A stretch of DNA of 63,331 bases, filler included, from Folioceros fuciformis (Eukaryota): assembly GCA_049999805.1 (NCBI GenBank). It is 11 parts of 11 records of this genome, joined end to end, with 100 filler letters (N's around TTAATTAATTAA, not from the genome) between each part and the next. Parts side by side here need not be neighbours in the genome. Positions count along the whole stretch, not along the records: positions 52,861 to 63,331 come from JBNGIO010003711.1; 10 more parts are not named here. One strand, written 5' to 3'. The notes beneath the pieces were generated by a model. It did not search any database and was not told where the DNA came from. It saw nothing but the letters and a program-made list of their open reading frames with translations. This document shows positions 54,920 to 63,331 of the stretch, in pieces (position 1 is the first letter of the stretch; each line of letters starts with the position of its first letter). The translations under genes and the position numbers were made by a program.

Positions 54920-57767
54920 CTTACAATGCTACAAGAATTTCATCCATCTTAATAAATAACTCGGGCGCTGATAGGAGTGTAGCTTTTTGTATCCCAAGCA
55001 CCCGGACGCCCATGGTCCATAACCATGCGCCAGGGGGGGGGAACTTCGTTGGGTTTGTGAAAGCAGCGGGCATCAGGAGGGCGGCCCATGAGATGGGAGT
55101 GGGTGGAGTCTGACCTAGATAGTACACAAGAGTAATGGCTACACTTCGCTGTTCCAGATTTGCGACCACCTGAGGTTTAGGGGAGACGTTGGCGGCTTGT
55201 GGAGAGTTGTTAGTTTGACGTGGTACGCGGGACAAGCTTCCAGAAAAAGCGACTTCACGTGAGGCCAAGAGCCACGCGAACACCAGTGGCAGGAGCACGC
55301 TCCTGCTCCACAGATCATCATGGCGGGGCAACAAAGCACAGATTTCTCGTGCTACAGGACACGCCCGCTTCGCAGGCATGCACACAACAAGCGAGCCGCA
55401 TGCCGCACGCAGCACGCGGGGCGGCGTCATCTTCGCTGCTCATTCCAGATCCTGGTGTTTCGCACAATGGCAGCACCGCATCTCCGCTCCTTGTCGCCCT
55501 GCCCCTGCTCGGCATTACCTTACGGCCGCTCTTTCCATGTCAGCAGCCAACTGGTATTTTGGTGCTGCCTTTACCAGGATGTGGCAGATGGACTTCCTCC
55601 ACCTATCGCGTGGAAACCAGCCTTTCCTGCTGCTGTGGAGGGGTGCTGGAGCTGCTTGCAACCTGTGCCCTCACGCTTGACGCTTCGTGTTTGACAGATG
55701 CACGAAGATGTGAGCTGTTGTGCTCGCTCGCAGGTATGTACTTGCACAGGGGTACACCCAGCAAGGCAAGCCAGCAAGCGTAGCATGCAATAAGTGTTGG
55801 CGCTCCCGGAAAGTGCTGAAATGCTCCTGCTTTTAAGTTCGCCTCCACTCCTATGATATAAGCTATGCGCAAGCTTCACATGGTCCACCACTCATTACTG
55901 CTGTGCAGTCCGCTGTAAAGTGTCCTGGAAAACTGTCTCCCCGCTGGGACCCGGCAGTACCTGGAACATGAGAGCCTCCGCAGCAGCATGACATCCAAAG
56001 GTACCTCGCAAGGTATGTCTGCTAGTCCTTGCTTCCCCTGGCTGCGCACATATTATAAACCGTAAGCCGTAAAGTCGTCGGATGGTAATCTCTGCTTCAG
56101 CTAGCTCCCATGTGCTAAAGAAAACCCTCCATCTTCTTACTGCGATGGCACAAAAAAGCATGCCAATGCAATGAGGCATCCCTGACAAAATGCGCCAAAA
56201 GCAGCAAAAGTGGACTCCTCCACCGTCTTTCTCTGGTTGGAGCTGACGTAAGAGGATGAGCGAAGCTCAACTACGACTCTCCTGTGGATAAAGGGGAAGC
56301 GCACACTTTTCAGCTGGATTTCACTTGCCCGTTGGCATACTTCAAGTCTGGACACCGACATTGCCGTGATCGAGGAGGGTGGGTCTGACCTCTGGACTGT
56401 TTAGGAGGGTATCTTTGGTGGAAGCCCCTCGCTGCTGACCGCTGATGCTCGTCCCCGCTGTTTGCCTCTTGCCCTCACTACTGATCAGCTTGCTGCTTCG
56501 TCAGTCATGCACCTAGGGATTGATTAAAGGTGGCCTGCATTTGGACAACACTTCGTGTCCTTTCGTGTGTATTCAAGTGTCAGATTCGCCAATACTTTCA
56601 GTCTCGAGCATCTGGTCCTTCTTCAAAACCAATTGAACTGGTGATTCAGTGTTGTTACAACGAAGCTGCCCTCGAACACGTGGATTTTCTAGACTCAGGC
56701 AACTCAGCCGGGTCGCCTGCATCACCGTTGACAAAGAACGTACGAAGAGATATGGCCAAGTCCACTACACCTGGAACAAATGCCGGTTGAGCGATCCCTG
56801 AAGCTCGAGTGTATACCCCGTGGAGGAATCAGATTGGAAGCTTGCCTTCATGCCAGGACAGACTGATGAGCTCCGCCAAATCAAGTGTTACATCCCAGAG
56901 GCAACTTCTCCTCCCAATGAATCCAAAATTAGCCGCGAACTCCAATGCGTTGCCACAGCTAAAGCCTATCTGCACAAGATGACATCCTGAAACTGACATC
57001 GTCAGCTCAAAATCCAAACGACAACTAGATAACGCATCTTCCCATTGTTTACACTTTGGATTCTGAAGTGCAAGGGCATTACATGCAAGGGAACGACTGT
57101 TACAAGCTACAACAACTGACCTGTATCATTTTTCAGAGAATCGCTCTATCGTAGCCTCTGTTTGAGTTCAGTATTTCCCTTGAGTTAGAAGGATGTACAT
57201 AGAAGTAGACATAGTCATGAGCTACACAAGCTAACTTCACATCTTTCAGACCAATGTGCTCGAACATATGCAACACCACTTCAGTATTGGCTTCTAAAAT
57301 AACTTGTCACCCTAACCATCTGACGATACGCAAAAGTCTAACAGAAAGGGAAGACCTGCACATAGGTAGAGATCTAACGGCTTCAGAAAAAGTTTTCTAT
57401 CATAGCCTTCACCAAGCAATCCGTCCTGACATCCACTGTGGACCGTCCGTGTCTTCCAGCTGGGATCCGCAGTGCTTAAAGCATGATCTTTGCAGCAGGA
57501 TGACGATACGAGATAACTCGCCAAGAAGGAGGCAACACAAGACACATCTGCCCGATACCCGTTATCACGTACAGACTAATAACCTTGCTGTGAAGCCGGA
57601 GCCACATCATCCCTCATGAGCTAGTCTCTACGTATGAGGGCAAGCGCTCGAACTAGCCATCAGCTCACTGGGTGAACAGAAAAGTATGGATTCCACTACA
57701 GTGAAGCAGGGCTAGCAGTGCAACAAAAGCAGGAGAGCTAGACCGCTCCACCTTCCATCTCTGTGGG

Positions 57768-59088
57768 TCAGGAGCTGTTAGCCTGAGAAGGTGGCCAAGA
57801 CATGCGGCGATGCTTGCTGTCACCCAGCTGTGCTTCAGAGAGAGACGGCCAATCCTGCTCTGCTGTCGGGGACATCAGTAGTTGGTCTGTTCTTCTTCTG
57901 GTCCGCACTAAAGGGTCATCAGAATTCAGTTGTTCCGGTCGATAGCCTTCAGGAGTCCACGATATGGGAGTGGCAAACTCTACATCTGCTCTCTCCGAAA
58001 CCCAGGCAGGACTTCTTGTCGGAGTAACAGGATAAGTGAACTGCACCCTCAGCCTTTGGAGGCCTTTCACAGCCTCCCTCATTGCCGACAGAGCCTCATA
58101 ATAGCGAGTGCAGGAGGCAAGCGCTGCTGGTATCGGTCGGAGCAGTTCCTGAGCACGAGGTAGCCAACCGTCACAGCCTGCTACGAGCATTGCACGCCTA
58201 AAATAATGGGAAGGCGAGAGGACGTACCCCCCACACTCCTGCTGGTTCCTTGAAGTTCTGACTCCACTGTATATCCGAAACTGCAGCTGAGAGCGCAGCA
58301 TAATCACTGGCGGCTTTCATTAGGAGCTCCGAAAATTGACGCTACACATCAGCCCACGTATTATGGTCATGGTCTTTCCACCAGTGTCACCCACACCCCT
58401 CCCAAATCCCAACACTCGTGGCCTATTACCTGGTATTCCGTCTCAACAGGAATGCAATCCAGAGAATATGGCTGCTGAAGACGCGCAATAATTCGATCCT
58501 GAAAACTATCATCTGGTAAGTCAAGCATCCCTAAAGCCCCAAGCGTGACGCAGGAACGAGAAGACGGGTAGCAGACCTTATTCTGAATCACATCCTTCAG
58601 CGTGGCGGATGTCTTGGCCAACGCGCGAGACTTCCCCTGAAGCGCGCTCACGTGAGTAAGATGCGCCACGCTCTCGTCATCCTGTGCGCATTGGAGCAAG
58701 AAGCCCGTGAGACACTTCTGCCTCCAGCCGAGACGTGCAGGGATCGATATGGAGAACGCACCCGTCGACCTTGCAGCTCAACCTGCAAATGTGCCAGGTT
58801 GCGTTGCACAGTGGTGAGATCCCGCAGTGCGTGTACCAGCGCTTCGGCGTCGTCTCTGGAACCTGTTCTTGCCCCTGCGCTGTCCTCCTGCAGCCTCCAC
58901 CTCCAACAATATCACCACTGCACCTCTTCGATAAAAGCCGGGGCAAGCAGGAAGCAGCAACTCACGCCAGTGGAGAAACCGAGGTCCGAGGCGAGGGCCA
59001 AGACATCAGTCATGCCGCCAAGACGTCGCACTGCAGGCCTCCTCCCCAGCCACGCCGCGTCGGACCCTGCAGCCGCTGAAGACGCCAT
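57768..59088 (-). CDS. AUG2: AUGMIN subunit 2 (HAUS2), multi-exon
   Basis: [91 protein letters not shown]: all plant AUG2 hallmarks. Confidence 0.93.
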
Positions 59089-59640
59089 GGCGCGCAGACA
59101 GGGCTCCTCGCCCTAGTACCAGGCCGATCCTTGAGACAAGAATCGTTCCTAGCTTCAGTTTCCTTTCGTCTGATTGTGGTCGGTATCGACACGAAGAACA
59201 GAAAACCTCCCTGCCTATCACATGTTTGAAGTGAAAAATTCACAACCAGAACTCTTCAGAAACCTCCATGACTGATGGACAGAAGCTCAAATCAGAGGCC
59301 AACCGTAAACCCTCTCAGACTACACGGGGGGTTTATCTGAGGACATCTGCGAGTCCTGAGTTGGGGCAGGGACGGCAGCGTGAGCCGACGTCGTCAACGT
59401 TTGGTCTCGGCCTCTAAACCCTGTGTGGCAAAACCCCTTTCCACGAGTGCTGAAACATGCAGTCACTTAGATCCTAGCATCCGCCATGGAGGACACTCCT
59501 GAAACACTGAAGCCGAAGGCGTGATTGACTGTAACGGCGCACAAGTTGACAGGACTCCAAGCCTTTTGATTAGAATCACCGATCCTACAAAAATTCGAGT
59601 GCACGCGACACGCTGTCTTACAAAGGAGATTCCAAAAATT

Positions 59641-60126
59641 CTAGTCTTCCTCCTCCACAACCTTAGTTCCCAGGTTGGAAAACCCAGTCTGAGGAACCTC
59701 AGCAGCGGTGACATACGAGTACAGCTCTTCCTTGGCGTCCTCGTCGTCGTTGCGCTTCCTGGCGATGCGCACACGAATTCGAGTAGGCACGTTCCTCACG
59801 CCCCGGCTCCAAATGTGTTTGTTCAGCTTCACATCCAGTCTCACGTCAGTGGTTCCCATGGCCTTCTGCGCGAACTTGCGGATCTCCTTCACGGCCTTGG
59901 GGGCCATCTTCTTGAAGGTGCTGCAAGCAGACAGGCCGCATGTCAGCACCGAACAGGCATCCGGAGACTGCAGCATGAATTGCCACCTGCTGCAAATGGG
60001 ATTCCGCGAACACAACGAAATCATTTGAGCAATAGAAACATACCAGCCATGTAGCCGCTTATGCAGATTGATAGTGTACTCCCGCGTCACGACCTCGTTC
60101 GATCGCTTCTTCCCCTTCTCGATCAT
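59641..60126 (-). CDS. RPL31: 60S ribosomal protein L31 (eL31), one intron (about 59921-60043)
   Basis: [17 protein letters not shown] / [17 protein letters not shown]...[34 protein letters not shown]. Confidence 0.97.
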   Translation of the reverse strand: MIEKGKKRSNEVVTREYTINLHKRLHGWYVSIAQMISLCSRNPICSRWQFMLQSPDACSVLTCGLSACSTFKKMAPKAVKEIRKFAQKAMGTTDVRLDVKLNKHIWSRGVRNVPTRIRVRIARKRNDDEDAKEELYSYVTAAEVPQTGFSNLGTKVVEEED

Positions 60127-60386
60127 GGTGTCCGTTGGTAGCCGCAGATGCTCGCTGCTCCAAAACTCTCACGCTCCAAAGGACAATCCCTAATCAGGTC
60201 TGGCGATTTATCAGTTTCCAGTGCCCAGTGACAACCACCTTTGGTAGGAGGACCAAAATATTATCTATTATTAACGGATGGTCCTCTTTGTGGACATGCA
60301 CCGTACAGCTGTGACCTAAAACAGACGCCGCCTGAATCGTTCTCAACGGGACGGGATGATTGTCGCCATACAATTCTGCCAGCGGT

Positions 60387-62439
60387 TCACCAGTGGTGCC
60401 AGTCCTGTGCGTCGGCTCCTTCATCGAAACCACCGGAGGATCCGATGACATTGAAATCGAGCTGCTTTGAGTACTTGGATTTTCTTCTCTCGTCGAACTC
60501 AGGCCAGCCCTCCATCTGCGCCACCGTTGGTAGAGGAATTGCATGGTTAAGTGATGCACAAGTCAAGAACTTGAAGGGGAACTCAGGCTCAGGCCCCTCA
60601 TCCGGTGTCTACCTCGCGGAGGCTCTCAATAGTGACCTCATTGCCGTGCAAGGACAGCGTGTTAAGCTCCACACAACCAAGGAGTATCTCCGAGGCAAAG
60701 CTCGACAGAGCATTATTTGCCACTCGTAGGATCTGCAAGGATAGACATGGTGGGTGGAACGTCGAGTGGGAATCCTTATGGCAGACACAAAAAAGAAAAG
60801 AAAAGCTTTGTTTGATCGTTCATCACCTTGAGTTTCTCAAGCTTGGAGAAGGAAGCTGGAAGTTCTTTCAGATGATTGTCTGACAGGTCAATCTATGTGG
60901 GCATTTTCACACCGTCAGCCTTCAGGTAGGAGGGTATCCACGATAGGGCACGGCCTCACGAGCCACACAGACTAACCTCTTGCAGTTGCTTACAGTTCCC
61001 CAGTTCTGACGGTATCTCAGCCAAGCTGCACCAGGCCAAACAGACATCATATCTGACCTTCACAAATATATACAAACGTAGCCTATTCAACCCTTCTATG
61101 CATTGCTGAAGCATTTATTACTCACTTGTTCTTGTTAAGCGCAAGCCTTTCAAGATGTAAAAGGTGTCCAAGCTCTTTTGGTACGTCTGCCAGTGCATTG
61201 CTTGACACAGTCAACTCCTTCATGCTTGCAAGCTGTCCCAACTCGGGGGGAAGTTTCGTGAACCTGTTGAATTTCCAGAACACCACAAGTATACATCACA
61301 AAAAGGTTACAGAGCCACAGTTTTCCACCAAAACAGCCTCCAGGACGTGACCACAGTACGGTAACACTTGACAGAAGTAGAGGGATGAGCAAGGTCACAA
61401 CTTACAGGTTGCTGTCCAGTGCCAAGAAAGTCAAATGCTTCAAGGACGTTAGAGCCCTCCAGTCAACCTTGTCCTCCTTCAGACAATTGTTGCTCAACCT
61501 CAATTTCTGCTCCACCATTGGCCACAGAAGGTCAGCGCATTTGCCCTACAGGCGGTTTTCGGCATAACCAGCACTTGGACCGATAGCGGGGAAAGAGAAG
61601 CACCTGCAATCGCGGGAGAGAGCGAACGTTTTCAGGAAACTCCACCAGTAGATTCCCGCACATGTCCATAATTCTTGCCGACTCTCCCACTGTCCAGGCT
61701 TCACTGGGCACCGTCTATCAAACAGGCCATGCATGTTCACAAGTTACACCTAAATCCACCTCATGGAAGTGGCACCGTGGCCAAGACCCTGGTGAGGAAT
61801 CATAGCAGCAAGTAGTTCATACCAGCAGCTCACTATCCCGCCATGAAACAATGCCAGTAGCTTTCCAATTGTCCACCCTGCATGTCCCCGCCCCTTTGGA
61901 TACAGTAGCTACCCGTCCACTGTTCTTGAGACTAGCCTTCCGCTTAATCTCGTTCAGAGCTGCGGTATCCTGGTGCATGTCGGCAGCACATGCGTCCATA
62001 GTCAGAGTGCGATCACCTCCACTTCCCACACCTCTCCAACAAAACGAGAAACCCGTAGCCCCACCTTTTGCGCTTTCTGCTGAAACCCTTGCAACTGCAT
62101 TAGCATGACCTTCGAGCCATTCGTAACATTAGCATTCCTCAAAGCCATGTCTCCTGTCAGCACCTTGCCTGCCACAATGTGCATTCCCACGCTCCTTACA
62201 GTTACAGAAAAAAGTACACTACCGACCACCACCATGTTGAGAAGAGCCACGCGAGAGAGCAGACCTTTGCATATAAGCTTCTGGCCCCGTGGCACGATGT
62301 TGGTGAGCTCTTGCAGCCGCAGCATCAGCTGCATCACAGTTCCGGATGCCGGTAGCCTCACTTGCAGATTCTCATGGCCATGCTTCACCGATAACATGAT
62401 GTCATCCTGACCATTCCCCACGTTCCCCTCCAAATCCAT
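60387..62439 (-). CDS. Ubiquitin-like domain plus leucine-rich-repeat protein (At2g30105-like), multi-exon
   Basis: N-terminal Ubl (LSVKHG...PRGQKLICKG..GSKVMLM), WKATGIVSWRDS, several LRR exons (LTLDSNL, LHGNEVTIE) and C-terminal EGWPEFDERRKSKYSKQLDF...FDEGAD. Confidence 0.88.
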
Positions 62440-63331
62440 AGCTGTGTAGCGCTTTCTTCCTTACTTCGTGTACCGTATGGGTGTATATGTTAGCCGGAGC
62501 CCCGGACACGAAGATTCATGAATCATGCAAGATTCATGCGTACTGTTGAAGGTGTGGAATAGTAGTTTAGGAAGCATGAGGAACAATCCAGCGCAGGCCA
62601 GGCCAGCCCTAGGCGTTGTTGGATGTACGAAGACGTGGTGTTGGATAAAATGGAAGACGCGGGTTCCGCGGGTGCAGGAGCGTACTTTGTGTTAGGGCAA
62701 GGAAATGCGATAGGCGTGCGGGAGAAGGGAGAAGTAACGTGGATTAGGAATAGGAAGGTCCAAGTGGGCGCGGGTGACTAGGAAGGAGGAGCTCCGATGG
62801 TGACGACGCCATCGCTCAGTGGACCAGGGGGTGCCAGTAGTACGCAACGCTGCCAAGGCGCATCCACGAAAGCGTGATATCTATCTTCGGCGCCTGCTTC
62901 GCGGCGGAGCGCGTGGGATTCAGATGCGGCAGGGGCCGGAGTCGGGGCCGGGGTCGGATCGGATCACATTCACTCACATCCATACCGGGGATTGCCGCTC
63001 CTGCGTCGCACGGCGCCGCGGATTCCAGCCGCCCTGCGGCATTGCGTCCCCATGGTGCGGCCCGGCATGACCCGGTGCACGGTGCTGGCCATGGCGGTAC
63101 CGGACGCGTGCACGGCTTGCACCCTGCTGCAGCAATGTTCCGCGAGCTCCAGCTCCCCCGGCCTGGCCCAGGCTGTGGCCCAATTCCCGGGCCTGCTCTC
63201 CTCGTTCCCTTTGCAATTGCAGCGGCAGCGGAAGGGGCAGGGGAAGCGCGCCGAGCCCTGGGCCTGGGAGGTCCGCCGCCGGGGCCCGGCCTGGAGCCGG
63301 AATGCGGTCCCGGTCCCGCCCTCCTGCGACG

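Noticed and set aside
60241-60729. 162-aa plus-strand ORF
   Set aside because: Antisense shadow of the last exons of the Ubl-LRR gene
62780-63331. GC-rich ORFs at the window end
   Set aside because: No recognisable motif, frame ambiguous, truncated by the window edge

Overview
Eukaryotic, green-plant-type genomic DNA with short GT-AG introns and compact gene clusters, resembling a non-seed land plant or streptophyte (inference). The window is not one molecule: it holds 11 contig/scaffold pieces joined by an artificial N44-TTAATTAATTAA-N44 linker, plus internal 100-N gaps, so adjacency across linkers is unproven. Host genes: cytosolic prolyl-tRNA synthetase head-to-head with CFIm25/NUDT21, a partial VPS2 (ESCRT-III) gene, and a tight AUG2 / RPL31 / Ubl-LRR cluster. 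The rest is mostly decayed, nested retroelements (Ty1/Copia, Ty3/Gypsy including one with an Athila-type PBS, two L1-like LINEs, LTR fragments, minisatellites). The most striking item is a Ty3/Gypsy family whose pol carries a full DNMT3-like C5-cytosine methyltransferase domain between protease and reverse transcriptase (about 49500-50420), now pseudogenised. Also notable are an intact 446-aa Gag-derived ORF with a duplicated capsid domain and no pol or LTR, and an intronless stand-alone GIY-YIG endonuclease ORF.
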